NCBI GenBank assembly: GCA_013239625.1 | Contig: MU054001.1 | Coordinates: 3,354,151 to 3,418,150 of the forward strand | Direction: 5' to 3' | DNA from: Lama guanicoe | Taxonomy: Eukaryota | Length of the DNA: 64,000 bases | Notes under the pieces: model-generated | Databases searched by the model: none | The model's input: the letters and a program-made list of their open reading frames with translations, nothing else | Told to the model about the DNA's origin: nothing | Made by a program: the position numbers and the translations under genes | Part shown: piece by piece, positions 25,912 through 38,470 of the stretch | Layout of the letters: the number at the start of each line of letters is the position of its first letter | How positions within the stretch are numbered: position 1 is the first letter of the stretch

Positions 25912-26660
25912 AGAAATTTAAAGTAAACTGCTACTATATGATGCACCAATCCCACCTGTGGGTGTATATTCCAGGGGAGATGGAAGTTTTATCTTGATGA
26001 CATATCTGTACTCTCATGTTCATTGCAGCATTATTCACAGTAGCCAATGTACGGAAACAACCTAAGGGTCTATAAATGGAATATTGGATCAAGAAAATAT
26101 GATGTATATAATGAAATATTATTCAGTGTCAAAAGAGAAGGAAATCCTGTCATTTGTGACAACATGGATGAAACTGGGGGTCATTATGCTAAGTGAAATA
26201 AGTCAGAGAAAAACAAATACTGCGTGGCATCACCTGTAAGTGGAATCTTTAAATAAACAGTCACACTCATAGGAACAGAGAATAGAGAAGCTGTTGCAAG
26301 GAGCTGGGAAGGTGGGTGGAGGTATGGCGTGTGGGATGGAAATAGAGGTTTGTTAAAAGGGTACAAAATTTCAGTCGTAAGATCAATAAGTTCTGAAGAT
26401 TTAATGTATAACATGGTGACTATAGCTGATAACATAGTGTATACTTGACATTTACTAAGAGAGTAGAACTTATTCTCACCAAAAAAACCCAAAAGGTAAA
26501 TAGGTGAGGTGATGGATGTGCTAATCAACTCAATGAGGGGAATCCTTTCACAATGTATAGGTATAGCAAATCATCACACTGTATACTTTAAATATCTTAC
26601 AATTTTAGTTGTCAGTCATACCTCAGTAAAGCTTGGGGAAAAAAACCTTAAAAAATAAGA
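25912..26660 (+). mobile_element. L1MA9-like L1 3' end
   Basis: ORF2 tail 'catgttcattgcagcattattcacagtagccaa'; 3'UTR 'aaagggtacaaaatttcag', 'acatggtgactatag', 'gtcatacctcagtaaagct'. Confidence 0.9.
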
Positions 26661-26994
26661 GAAAAGGTAAAATGAATATCTGGGTGTTAGGGGCATAGAA
26701 GAGTTTTGTTGAAGAATAATAGGGAGTTTGGTGAACATGGGAAAATCCCATTCCCTTTCCAGACCTGTCCACGGGTGACATTTTGGCAGCCTCTCTCACT
26801 GACGCCTTGAGGGGTCTGTGTGCACATGCCCGTGTGTATGCACAGGGACACACCGCTGGTCCAAAACCACCTGAACTCTCCTATCGGTTGAAGTTGGTGT
26901 CTCCTGTGAGCTTCACCAATACATGAAGGCTTAGACTTATGGGTTTCCAAGTCCTGTTTTTCCACACTAAGAGATCATTTATCAATTTGGGTGT

Positions 26995-27468
26995 TACATC
27001 AATTATCTACTGCCCAATAATGCTGCATAATTAAAAAGCCATAAAATCTCTGTAACATACAATGATAAATTTTATTGAGCTAACAAGGCTGCAAGGTTCA
27101 TTTGATCTGGATTGGGTTGGTCTGATCTTGCCTGGGCTTACTCACAGGTCTGGGGGGGATGGGCTGTTGACCCATCTGGAAAGGTCTCAGCTGAGATGAG
27201 TAGAATGACTCAGCTCTATTGCATGTATCTCTCATCATCCATCAGGCCAGCCTGGGCACATTCATTTGGCCACATCAGAGAGTAAGAGGTATCAAGTCCA
27301 ACTGCACAAGTAGTATCCAAGTCTCTGTGTGCCTCATGTTTGCTAACATGCTATTGACCAAAGCAAGTCACATGGCAGAGCCCAGACTCAGAGGGAGACA
27401 GCAGGACAAAATTACATGGAAAATGATGGGAATGAAGAAGCGGGCCCCTAATGCAACCAACCCACCAT
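26995..27468 (-). mobile_element. MaLR LTR, MLT1H/I-like
   Basis: 'atctactgcccaataatgctgcataa' and 'ctattgaccaaagcaagtcacatggcagagcccaga'. Confidence 0.75.
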
Positions 27469-28698
27469 TAGGGTGATGACCAGTAGGAACAGTCATGTGA
27501 TCCAATGCCTTCCCTAAAGCCTTCTACAAACCTTGTACACTAATAGTGGGAGGGGATTATTTTTTAAAGTGGGCTAGCTGAGCAGTGAGCATTTTCCCAA
27601 GGCTGCCCTGCTCGATTCAGAATAAAGATGCGGGCAATAGGCCATGCTTGGATGCCTCAGACCATCTGCCAACAAAAACGGGAAAAAAAAATTAATTATG
27701 AATGGTGTCTTCCCATGCTAATCATTTATCGTAAAGGATTTCTCCAGCTTGTTTATAATAGCTGTTGCCTAAGGGTGCATGCTGTATAAATTGTCTGATT
27801 ACAGGATACAGAGCGCTTCTTAATAGGCCTCAGCTGATTAGGAGAAGGGAAAGAAATTAAAGAGGCCATTTCCCTTTAGGTATGCAAATACCTCCAGAAC
27901 AAAAGACAAAGATATGATAGACCATGATGAAACACACCCTCTTTTCTTTTTACCTTAAATTATGTACCAGGCAAAGAGCAAGCTTCATTGCCTGTGTCAG
28001 CTGAGATGTGAACGATCTGGTAATTGAAACAATACCGATGCCAGAAATGCTTGTTAGATGTCAAGCTAAACCAGCTCCCCGGGCAGCCTTGCAGCAACTG
28101 GTGGTGTGCTGCTTGGATCTCTGGGTAAGGGGTCTCTTCTGACTTCGGGGTATTTGACTCTGCCTCATTGAGCTGAATTTGTTTGTATCACATTGGTCTT
28201 CTCATTTCTGAAGCCAGAATTTACATGTCAGCGTCTGGCAGGGAGGGCAGCTGGAAAGGCAGGCTAAATGTGTTTGAAAAACAGTGAAAAAACATAGACG
28301 TATACAGATCCGTTCCTTCTCCTCGGGCACACACAGATTCACACACACACGTACACACATAACCAGAATTTTCTGTTCCTGCAAATATTTTCCCTCTTAA
28401 CATGTTATTTGGTAATTTGAAGGGCTATATTCAACATGGCACTTCATTGTGATTTCACTTTTGTGGGGAGCAGGTCTTGTAGGTCTCCTTTCTCAACTAA
28501 CATATTAGTACTAACAGGTAGAGGTGCATGGAGATGCTGAGGGTGACTCCAGAGTAAGGATTCTAGCAGCTTGGAAATAAATGCCTTGAGCCTCAGATTT
28601 CAGGCACTTCCAAATACCTTGCATCCTTCCCTGGGTGGATCTTCCTACTTCAGAGAACAGTAGATCTCGTAAGCATCTTATCCATGCTTCATTAGACC

Positions 28699-28910
28699 TG
28701 AATTAGTTTTCTGTTGCTGTATAACAAATGACTCCAAAACTTAGTGTCTTAAAATAGCATAATTTATTATCTCACAGTTTCCATGAATCAGGAAACTGGG
28801 CATAGTTTTGCTGAGTTTTCTTCTCTCATAAGGCTACAACGGAGTTGGCAGTTAGGGTTGAGGTTTCATCTGAAGGCTTGACCAGAGAAGGATCCACTTC
28901 CAAGCTCATC
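28699..28910 (-). mobile_element. MaLR LTR 3' fragment (MLT1E/F-like)
   Basis: 'ttgctgtataacaaatgactccaaaacttagtgtcttaaaa...tttattatctcacagtttc'. Confidence 0.7.
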
Positions 28911-28959
28911 ATTTACCTCTCAGTACACTCCTGCCATTTCCTCTTACAGGATGAACCCC

Positions 28960-29300
28960 CAAAGTTGAGTCAGACTGTTAGCCTTTGCAGTTGTGTTTCC
29001 CTACACATGCTCTATAAATAATTTATTTTCCCTCTCCAAAAAAAAAGTGTATTTCAACCCCTATCTAAACCAGTCACCTATTGTCAACCATCCACTTGTT
29101 ATCTCATTAACCCATTTTGCTTTTATCATAGATGCTATGAAAAAAGCTAATTATTCATGTTATTGTTACCTCCCTCTCTACACTCTAAGAAAATGAAAAG
29201 ACCTAGTCTGTCTTGTTCAGCATTATATTAGTATCTAGAACAGTGCACCTAGTAGGTGCATTATAAACATTTGATGAATTAACAAATAAATTAATTAATC
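28960..29300 (+). mobile_element. L2 3' end
   Basis: 'gtctgtcttgttcagc...tctagaacagtgcacctagtaggtgc...catttgatgaatt'. Confidence 0.6.
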
Positions 29301-29696
29301 CCATGTATTGTGGCTCAAGAAAGCTCAGCTCCCAAGTTCAGACAGGTTGTTTACCTTCTAATGCCTCAGTTTCCCTATATGTAAAATGAGATGCATTCTC
29401 TTTAGATGTCCTTTTGGAAAAGGAAGATTAAAAATAGGTGAGAAACATTTTAACTTTGGAGTATAAAACCAGTATTAAATGATTGCCTTGCATGAATTTA
29501 CTTGAGTCAAAAATTTTCTCTTCAAGCCAAATGCAATGCACCAAAACCTTGAGGAGACTACTAGAGGATGGACTGGGAGGCAGCTTGATCATAGAATCAC
29601 GTTGAGGTCAGAATAAATCAGTTCTAGTTTTGAGTGTTTCATAGATTATGAAACCAAGGATCAGTTACTTTTCCTAAGTCTCACTGCCCATTTGTG

Positions 29697-29862
29697 ACCT
29701 CATTTAATCCCATGAGAGTGGCAGGGTAGATGAAAATGTGATCTCCTTATAGACCAGAAAATGGAAGCCCCAAGAAATGAAGTGACCTCCCCAAGGTCAC
29801 ACAGTACTTAGAAGAGTCAGGATTTGAACTTGAGTCATTGGACCCAAACCTTGAATCTTTAG
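29697..29862 (-). mobile_element. MIR SINE
   Basis: 'ctcatttaatccc...aagtgacctccccaaggtcacacag...caggatttgaac'. Confidence 0.75.
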
Positions 29863-30428
29863 TCTAAGAAAACATACTTCTAGCCAACGCCAACTGCCCA
29901 AAGTAAGACATGAGTCTGGTCTCTTTCTGTATAAATTTAATATCTACAGCAGACCCAAGAGAGTCTCTCTAAAGGCCTATTTCTGCTAAAATTGAGCTTA
30001 TTTTCTATCTTACTTTGAGGTTCTGAGAAGTGGCACAAGTGGAAGACAAAAAGGAATTATCAATGGCTGTATTAATTACAGGCATCTTTCAAGATGAAGG
30101 GACCCTGTGGAGGACACTCTCTGTATCTTGCCCAATTTTCTGATCCCATACCATTTCCTTGCACACCTGCCTTCTCTCCCTAAAGGCTTTCTTTAGCTGC
30201 CACAACCGCTCTGCCTACGTGTGTAGCAGGCCACAAGTACGGGGTCAACACAACATGGGAGCAGCCCTCAGCCAATGCCTCTATGTGGAATAGCTCAGGG
30301 TACAATCAATACCTCTCAGCTCCCCAGTGGGATGGAGCTCCAGTTGCTCTCACAGGCAGCCTGCTTAACATCACATCTTCTATTGGCTTCTCTTCTTTCT
30401 CTGTCTTAATTTCTGTGATGATTAATTT

Positions 30429-30813
30429 GGGGGAGGGGTTAGGAAGGAGGTAATTAGGTTTATTTGTTTACTTATTTATTTTTTTATTGAAGTGTAGTTG
30501 ATTTACAACATTAGTCTCAGGTGTACAGCAAACAATTCAGTTATATGTATACATATGTGTATATATACATATATTTTCAAATTCTTTTCCATTATAGCTT
30601 ATTACAAAAAACTGAATATAGTTCCCTGTGCTATATAGTAGGTCCTTGTTGTTTATCTATTTTATCTATAGTAGTGTGTATCTGTTAATCTAAAACTCCT
30701 AATTTATTATTACTCCTAATATTGTTATTCTTTTAATGGAGTTACTGGGGATTGAACCCCAGACCTCATGGATGCTAAGCACATGCTCTACCACTGACCT
30801 ATACCCTCCCACC
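30429..30813 (-). mobile_element. Camelid vic-1-type tRNA-derived SINE, interrupted by L1
   Basis: Head 'ggggattgaacccc...ctctaccactgacctataccctccc' (30731-30813); tail 'ggaggtaattaggtttatt' (30429-30485); TSD ctgtgat(ga/tg)ttaattt at 30413-30428 and 30814-30829. Confidence 0.9.
30486..30715 (-). mobile_element. L1 3'UTR fragment inserted into the SINE
   Basis: 'attgaagtgtagttgatttacaa...gaatatagttccctgtgctatatagtaggtcc'. Confidence 0.9.
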
Positions 30814-31444
30814 CTGTGATTGTTAATTTTATGTATCAGCTTGGCAGGGCCATGGATATTTGGCCAAACACTATTCTGGATGTTTCTGTGAGAGATGAGT
30901 TAAGGATGAGGGATATGTCTGTGGACTTTGAGTAAAGCAGATTGCACCCCCTAATGTGGTGGGCCTCACCCAATCAGTTGAAGACCTGCCTAGAACAAAA
31001 GACTGACTTTTTTCTGAGCAAGAGGGAATTCTCCAGCAGACTGCCTTCGGACTTCAACTGTAACATTGGCCTTTTGGACTTTATCCAAAACATCAGGTCT
31101 ACCCAATTCCCCAGCAGATGACCATCAAAGTGCAACTGCAACTCTTTCCTGCATCTCCAGCCTGCCAGCCTGTCCCCATCAGGCTTTGGACTTGCCAAGA
31201 CTCCAGAATCATGCAAGCCAATTCCTTAAAATAAATCTCTTTCTTTGCATATACATTCTATTGGTTCTGTTACTCTGCAGAACACTGATTAATATCCTTC
31301 CCCACTCTTCTACTGAAATCTTGTAGGTTTCTTATACTGGAATTTCTTAGGCTAACCTCTCAAACAAATCACACATATTTAAGCCCCAGTCTCAGAATTT
31401 ATCTCTGGGGTGACCTAAGAGATCCTGAGCATCTCATTGAGAAC

Positions 31445-31640
31445 AGGTGTGTGACTCTGAGTGTCCTTGTCACATACTGCTCTGCCTTATATATAGTATA
31501 TCAGTTAATCCTCACAATAACTCTGTCCATGCAGTGGGCACTATTGCCACCCCCATTTTACAGATGAGAAAAATGAAATGCAAAGAGGTTAATATGGAAT
31601 TAAACACCAAACTGGCTGACTCCAGAGCTTGCACCCTCCA
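31445..31640 (-). mobile_element. MIR SINE
   Basis: 'taatcctcacaataac...cccattttacagatgagaaaa'. Confidence 0.8.
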
Positions 31641-32842
31641 TCGCTCTTCTCCTATGTCTAATATTGATATAGCCAGTCAAGAAAATAGAAAATGATCCTT
31701 CTACACCGCAGAACCACACATTTCTCCTGGATGTGAGCACTTCCACCAAAAGCTGGACTCCACACCCGTGTCAGCTTTTCCTACAATAGGCCGACATACC
31801 TTTTGTGGGGGACAGAGGGTAGTGCAAAAATTCCTGTTTCTAAGAAAAGTGTGCCCCTTTGAAGAGAGGAAAAAGAGAAAAGGAGAGAAAAGAGGTGGGG
31901 GGATGGGGGTGGAGACCGAAGGTACAAAAAGGACCTCAAGAGTCTTCTTGGAAAGCAAACAGCTTTTGCAAAGCAACATTTTGATGAGTTAAGTGCAAAT
32001 GAATCAGGAATAATGAGAAACACATGGGCTAAATTTTCCTTAAAATATCTGAGTTTAAAAATTAAGAGGAAAAAGTGCTTAGGGAAAATGTGTTTTAAGT
32101 TTGAGCCAAACTGAAAACATTTGCAAAACGGATCAGGATATTTGTTGAGCCCTCCAAATGATGAGGTTGGTCCATCCTGGACAGATAGTGATAAGGAGAC
32201 AGGTCACCAGGGGAGGGAGACATTTGGGGCCAGCACAAGATGAAGCTTTAGAACTGAGCCAGGCTCCCTGAGAGCTGTAAACTGGGGACTGAAAGCAATA
32301 TTGCTTTTCTTTCATTTATTTCTCCAAGTATTCCACAAGGCACTGCACTGGAAATGTAATATTAATGAATAAATAATCCAGTCACTTGAAAAGCTGTTTG
32401 TTGACAATACAAAATACATTCGATTTTTTTTTAAGTCCTTCACAATCTGTATTAACAAGAGAGTTGAGATACAAGGAAGATATGTTGGGATTCGAGAGGT
32501 TGGCAGAACTTATAAGCCAAACGGATTTGTCTCAGTTGTTGCCAGCTTCTGGGTGGTGAAAATGACATGTGTCCACAAGGAAAGACCACAGAGGCTCAAA
32601 CTCCTCATTGCCAGCAGAGCAGCCATCCAGCCACTCCAGCCAGAGGACAGGATTCCCTGGAATGCAGGGCAAGTCTTTCTGTAAAGAACGCGAACAATGA
32701 CACTTGACCTTGAAATTGGCTTTGTTTTCCCTGAGAATGAACCTGAGAACTCTGCAAAAAGAACAAAGAGCTCTTTAATCACTGCCTCACCTCCTCCTGA
32801 TACAGGACAAATGGGGCGCAAGAGGATGGCCATGTCCCAGGA

Positions 32843-33007
32843 CTGAGGCGTGTCCCTGGGATGTGCCCTGCCAATTGAAGGTTCTTGGCTGCATGTAGGA
32901 AAGAATTCAAGAGTGAGCCATAGTTGACCGAAGGTAAATTTATTCAGAGAGATACATACTCCATAGGCAAAGTGTAGACTGTCTCAAAAGGCAATAGGTC
33001 GGGAGAC
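32843..33007 (-). mobile_element. ERV1-type LTR 3' fragment
   Basis: 'ggttcttggctgcatgtaggaaagaattcaagagtgagcc...tttatt' is a recurrent antisense ERV1 LTR motif. Confidence 0.55.
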
Positions 33008-33042
33008 TCTTCTGTGGAAGCAGAAAGAAAAATAGTCCTTTT

Positions 33043-33631
33043 GATACACACATCCCAATGTTCACAGCAACACTATTTACAATAGCCAAGACATGGAAAC
33101 AACCCAAATGTCCATTGACAGACAACAGGATAAAGACATTGTGATATATTTATACAATGGAATACTACTCAGCCATAAAAAAGAATAAAATAATGCCATT
33201 TGTAGCAACATGGATGGACCTGGAGATCATCATTCTAAGTGAAGTAAGCCAGAAACAGAAAGAAAAATACCATATGATATCACTTATATGTGGAATCTAA
33301 AAAAAAAAAGAGACACAAATGAACTTACTTACATAATAGAAAGAGACTCACAGACATAGAAAATAAACTTATGGTTACCAGGGGGGAAATGGGTGGGAAG
33401 GGATAAACTGGGAATTGGAGATTTGCAGAGACTAACTACTATAAATAAAATAGATAAACAAGTTTCTTCTGTAAAACACAAGGAACTATATTCAATATCT
33501 TATAGTAACTTATAATGAAAAAGACTATGGAAACAAATATATGTATGTATATGTATGACTGAAACATTATGCCATCCACCAGAAACTGACACATTGTAAA
33601 CTGACTAGACTTCAATTAAAAAAAATTTTTT
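33043..33631 (+). mobile_element. 5'-truncated L1 with TSD
   Basis: ORF2 tail 'aatagccaagacatggaaacaacccaaatgtccattgacaga' plus 3'UTR; TSD aatagtc(c/t)tttt at 33031-33042 and 33632-33643. Confidence 0.92.
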
Positions 33632-33704
33632 AATAGTCTTTTTTAACTTTCTGCCAAAGAAAAGAGCCTCAGTTTTAGAGGCAACCAGCTCATTTTCTCA
33701 CTTA

Positions 33705-33865
33705 CCCAGTGAGCAAGCTAATTAACTTTTCTGAGCCTCAACTTTCTCTTCTATAAAATGGGGGGCTGATTTGCAAGGCATTGTGAACATGAGAAGTGAT
33801 GTAGGTGATGTGTCTGTAATATAGCAGATAATCAGGATTTGCAAGCCATTTGCTATCATTGTTGT
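33705..33865 (+). mobile_element. MIR SINE
   Basis: 'ttaactttttctgagcctcaactttctcttctataaaatgggg'. Confidence 0.75.
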
Positions 33866-34545
33866 TAACTAGTAGGCAGAAAACACGATGACATGCAGCT
33901 CCAGAAAAATGTGTTTTGGCTCCCATCTGTCTGCTGATCAGGAAAGGTGCAAGGAGACTTCTGCGTGTTCTGAGTCTCAGTAGAGCAGTGTGGGTCCCCT
34001 GCACAGCAGCAACTCTGTGGAGGTGGAATGACAGTTCTAAAATGACTTGATTGACACCTTCAGCCATAAAAATCAAATAAAAAAGCACCCTCTGCCTCAT
34101 TCAGGAATACAGAGAACCCTCCTCTAGATCACCCACCGAAACACAGAAAGGGTTGGGCTTTGCTGGGAATGAAAGTTATTCTCAAGTTGTATTTTGGGAG
34201 CCATCAAGAGAGCCCCTTAGTCCTTCCTGGCAGGAATCGCACTGCCACCACTGACCAGGAGGATATGAAACATGTGGCGCTTCCCCCAGAAAAGCAACCT
34301 GGAAAGTCAAGTTCACTCGTGTCCGGGAAAAGTCTGCCAGCAAACAAGGATGGACTATTTCAGAGGAATTACTCAGTGCATCTTCTATAGCTGCCTTTCT
34401 TAAAATGTGTTCCTTAGGTCTTTAGAGATGCTAACACTTAGAAGTAAGTTTTGTCATGAAGTTTGTTCAAGAAACATCCTGTTAAACTTGGTGAAACATG
34501 TTTCTTTAGTAGAGATCACCTTAGTTGCAATTTATAAACTTTTTA

Positions 34546-34714
34546 GGGGGAAGAGTTAGCTCAAGTGGTAGAGTGCATGCTTAGCATGCATGAAGTCCTT
34601 GGTTCAATTCCCAGTACCTCCTCTAAAAACAAACAAATAAACAAACAAACCTAATTACCTCCCTCTTCCCTCCCCCCAAAATAAAATAAATTAATTTTTA
34701 AAAAAACATTAAAA
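34546..34714 (+). mobile_element. Camelid vic-1-type SINE, full length
   Basis: A box tagctcaagtgg (34557-34568), B box ggttcaattcc (34601-34611), 'aaacctaattacctccc' tail; TSD aaacttttt at 34536-34544 and 34715-34723. Confidence 0.92.
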
Positions 34715-36529
34715 AAACTTTTTGAAGAACTTAGGAATCTTGCAGAGGGGAACACAACTTAGAGCTTTCCCCATGTTTACTCGATCACAGATCCCTTTTG
34801 TTGGGGAGCATGTGAAGGATCTCATGATCCCAACAATGCACCTCAGAGAGGGCTGGTATCAGCAACGCTGATCCATCAGCCAATTTTTGTTTCTTCTCTT
34901 GGCTCCTGAGTAGAAATTTTTCTTTAATTACCTTTTGTTGTTGTTTATTGTTTTTACACCTCTAGTTCCCAAACTGACTGCACACCTTAGTCATCTGGGC
35001 ATCTTTTAAAAACATCACCAGCAACTTATGTTCTGGGGCCGCATCCCAGATCCCCAGAGGTAGCAGCTCACAAATAAGTACTTTGAAAATCCTTTACCGG
35101 GGACTTTGCGGGCATCCAATCTGGCAGTTAAGCCAGGTCTGACACTTGAGGGTCACTCCTCTACACTGTCTCAGTGACTCAGTCTTCCGTCTTCTTGTCA
35201 TCCAGACTTCAAGCTGTTGACATGAGTCTTATCTAAAAGTGAAATGCCATGCCATGGTGCCAACCCAAAGGGAATTGTAAAACCTGCAGAGAAAGGGATA
35301 TTTTCTTTCCACTTTCCAGACTCAAGAATGAGAAATCATTGACTTTCCCTAAAACCCATTAATTCTATATTTAGGAAACTAAAAGGAAAAGGAAAAAAAA
35401 ATCAACCACAACCTCACACATGATGGAAAAGATTGTAGGTTCCCAATGGCTATGTTGGCAGAATGCAGAATGGATTGCCTTCTGTGGGGTGTTACCATTC
35501 TCATACTGGATTTTTCTTTTCTAAAGTAGGTGAGTTAATTTATCTTGGACTCACATTCCAACAGACAGGGTAGAGAGATCTGGTATCTTCATCACCACAA
35601 GAGGTAGTATGATCTGGACATGCCAAGTCTCATGTATGCCTGCAAGCAGTTTTAAAAGGTTTTGGTTAGCTCCAATTTTATTAGAATGAAAGCTTTTCAC
35701 AAGTAAGAGGTTTTATGGGAGTTATTTTTAAAGTAATGTGTTTTTATTGGTTTCTGGTAAGATCAGTGAAATCACATGGCATTTTTAAAGAATTTTAAAC
35801 CAGAAAAAGATGTTCAAATAACTGGCTTGAAACACAAAAGCCAGAAAAGTCAGAATAAGATATTTGAACACAAGAGGGTTAATGCCAAGATAAAAGCAGT
35901 TCTGAGGAAGCAGAAGAAAGGGGTAAAGGAGGACCCTAAGCCAGGACAAGGATGAACAAAGTGAGAGGCCTAAACCGTCGCTCATGGATTGAGATATGGG
36001 TGTTTGCATCTCTCTTGGATTCAGTTGTCCCCACAGATATGGAGATCACCATTTGTGTATGAAAATTAAGCTTATTAGAAAAGAGAATATACTCTTGGTT
36101 ATCTAGACCTCAAAAGAACAAAGCACATGACACACAAAAATCCAACTGGGTGGTGAGACTATCAGACACACGAATCACAGAAGATCCTCGTGAAAATTCT
36201 ATGTCTCCTGCCCCACCTCCTTCATCTTTTCTGAATCTTAAAGTAATACATATTCAGTGCAAATATTCAGACATGTCTGATGCAACCTGTGAAGGATAAC
36301 CTCTGCTTTTAGGTGAGAAAACAAGAGAGAGAGAGAATGCCAACTTGGCCCCATGTTCTACGTCAAGCCGGTTGGTTATCTAGAGCCAGAAGACATTTAT
36401 TTCAATTGCTCTTCACCACAGTCTATCATCCTAAGAGGTACTTACTACCCACATATATGCATGTTTGCTATTAATTTGTTTCCTACTTTCCTAAAATGCA
36501 CACACAGGTACACACACATCCCCCCACAC

Positions 36530-36662
36530 ATGTACAGATACAATGTGACAGTAAGGTTTATGAAAGATAGCAGGGTCCACGTCTTTCTACTACAGCACAG
36601 TAGACCAAGTGTCTAGCACTTACTAGGTGCTCAATAAATACATGAATGATTAAATGAATGAG
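36530..36662 (+). mobile_element. L2 3' end
   Basis: 'taggtgctcaataaatacatgaatgattaaatgaatg'. Confidence 0.75.
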
Positions 36663-37539
36663 TCTCTACAATGCTCTTTGAAACCATGGCTGCCTCATAA
36701 CTCTCTTGGTCAAATACAAGTGGAGAACTAGATAGATCCATCAAACTGCAAAAAGAGTCTTCATAACTCTTTCCTCTAATTATAGAAAACAATTAAAGAG
36801 TGAATACCCACTTCTTCCTTAGAAGAATGGATTGAGGCAACTGGGTCTTCTAGAAAGAGAACAATAATGAGCTGCTACAGGCCTGGGTATAAGTTATGTC
36901 TGTGTCATTGCAATTGGGTGAACTCGGGCTCCTGCCCCTCCCAGAGATGATGATGATATGACCTGCACACTTCCTCCTTGAGTTGGTATGAGACTTAGGG
37001 GAAACAATAATTGTGGGAAGGAGCAAAAGTTAAAAGTGTTATAGACATATAAAATGTCTAGCAAACAAAAGAAGCTTGCTGAGAATGCTACTGTGTACAT
37101 TTCAGTACCATGTAGTAATATATAGAAGATATAAAAATGCTTTCACAAAGTATGGACCCATTACTATAGATTCTGGTTGCTTGCATAGGGTGTGAAAATC
37201 ACTCTTTTGAAATGAAACCTTCAAGGGAATCATCTTTCCTTATAAGCTCTGAAGAAGGACTCCACCCCTTTCTTCCAAGAGGAGTTCACCTTCAACTTTG
37301 AAATGCCACCTGGTTCCACCCAGACTCCATTTAACAATGAGACACAACATGACTCAGTGTTAAGAGATCACCCATTTTGGACACAAACTGAGAAAAGGAG
37401 AAGCTGAGCCTAGGGCTACCGTAGCTTAGAGATTCTTAAATGGAGAAAAGATGAAGGTATATTGAATATAATGACCATCTACCATTGACAGTCCACTACC
37501 TCTACCTTCTCCCATTCTTTTTGAGTAGTGGAACTTTCC

Positions 37540-37925
37540 ACCATTTCCCCCTCTTACTGGGTGGAATTATAAGCAATCATGAATGGTGCTTACCAAATAT
37601 ATCTGGCTCTTCACACAGAATTGTGCTTCTGGCCTCCACAGATGGGGTGAAGCCCTAGGACTAGTTCCCACTGATGAGCTGTGAGGAGAAAGGATGTGTG
37701 TTACTTTGAAGCTAGAAAATTTAACAGCTAATAAAAGTCTCTTCAGAAATATGTTTTCTCTGCCATGGCACCGAGCAACACTTGAGGTATCAGGCTACAT
37801 CCCAAAGTATAGAGAAGGGTGTTCCCCCACCTGGCCTAAAACAGACATGCACAAGACCTTAATTCTGATGTTCTAAGCTGCTGAAATTTTTGAATTGTTT
37901 GTGACTACAGCAAAACCTAGCCTGT
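37540..37925 (+). mobile_element. Old MaLR LTR
   Basis: End 'ctaagctgctgaaatttttgaattgtttgtgactacagcaaaacctagcct'. Confidence 0.55.
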
Positions 37926-37959
37926 TAATTAGGGCAAATTAGAAAGGTAGAGAAGATTT

Positions 37960-38470
37960 ATGTCAATTTCCCCATTGCCTATACCTATGATAAATGCTTC
38001 CAAAACCTAGTGACTTAAAACAACCACTATGCTATTTGCTTATGAGTCCGTGGGCCAGCAGTTTGGGTTGGGCTCAGCTGAGTGGTTCTTCTGCTTATTT
38101 GTCCTGAGTCAATGCTATACCTGCAACCAATGGGTATATTGGGTGGGAACTGGTTTGTCCAGGCAGATCTTAACCAGGGTGGCCCATCTATGGTCCATGC
38201 ATTCTCAGTCTTCAGCAGATTAAGTGAGGTTTCTTCATCTAAGCCTCAGTACAGCAAACAGAGGACGAGCAGAAACTGTAACGCCTCTTGAGGCCTAGGA
38301 GAAGAACTTCCACATTCCATTGATTAGGGCAAGTCAGTCACTAGTTCAGACTCAAAGAGAGAGAAACATAAATTCTACCTATTCATTGTAGGAGCAGCAA
38401 AATCATATTTAAAGGGGTATGCATATAGGGAAAGAAGGAACTTGTGGCCTTTTTTGGCAATCTATTACAT
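37960..38470 (-). mobile_element. MaLR LTR, MLT1H-like
   Basis: 'ccaaaacctagtgacttaaaacaacca...gtgggccagcagtttgggttgggctcagctgagtggttcttctg'. Confidence 0.75.

Larger units (their letters stand above)
30414..31294 (+). mobile_element. MLT2 (ERVL) LTR, split near its 5' end by a SINE
   Basis: 'tgtgattgttaattttatgtatcagcttgg', 'gactttgagtaaagcagattgc', end 'ctattggttctgttactctgcagaacactgattaata'. Confidence 0.85.
30106..31420 (+). mobile_element. LTR16C-like LTR split into 30106-30413 and ~31295-31420 by nested insertions
   Basis: 'gggagcagccctcagccaatg', 'ccccagtgggatggagctccagttgctc'; resumes 'cttcccactc...cccagtctcagaatttatctctggggtgaccta'. Confidence 0.7.

Noticed and set aside
34546..34620. 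tRNA-like sequences with A and B boxes (also 52461-52535 and 30740-30813)
   Set aside because: Each has the SINE tail and a TSD, so they are SINE heads and not tRNA genes.
37305..37317. CTCF-like TGCCACCTGGTTC (also TGCCACCTAGCGT near 2149)
   Set aside because: The terminal positions of the core mismatch; unsupported without a PWM scan or ChIP data.
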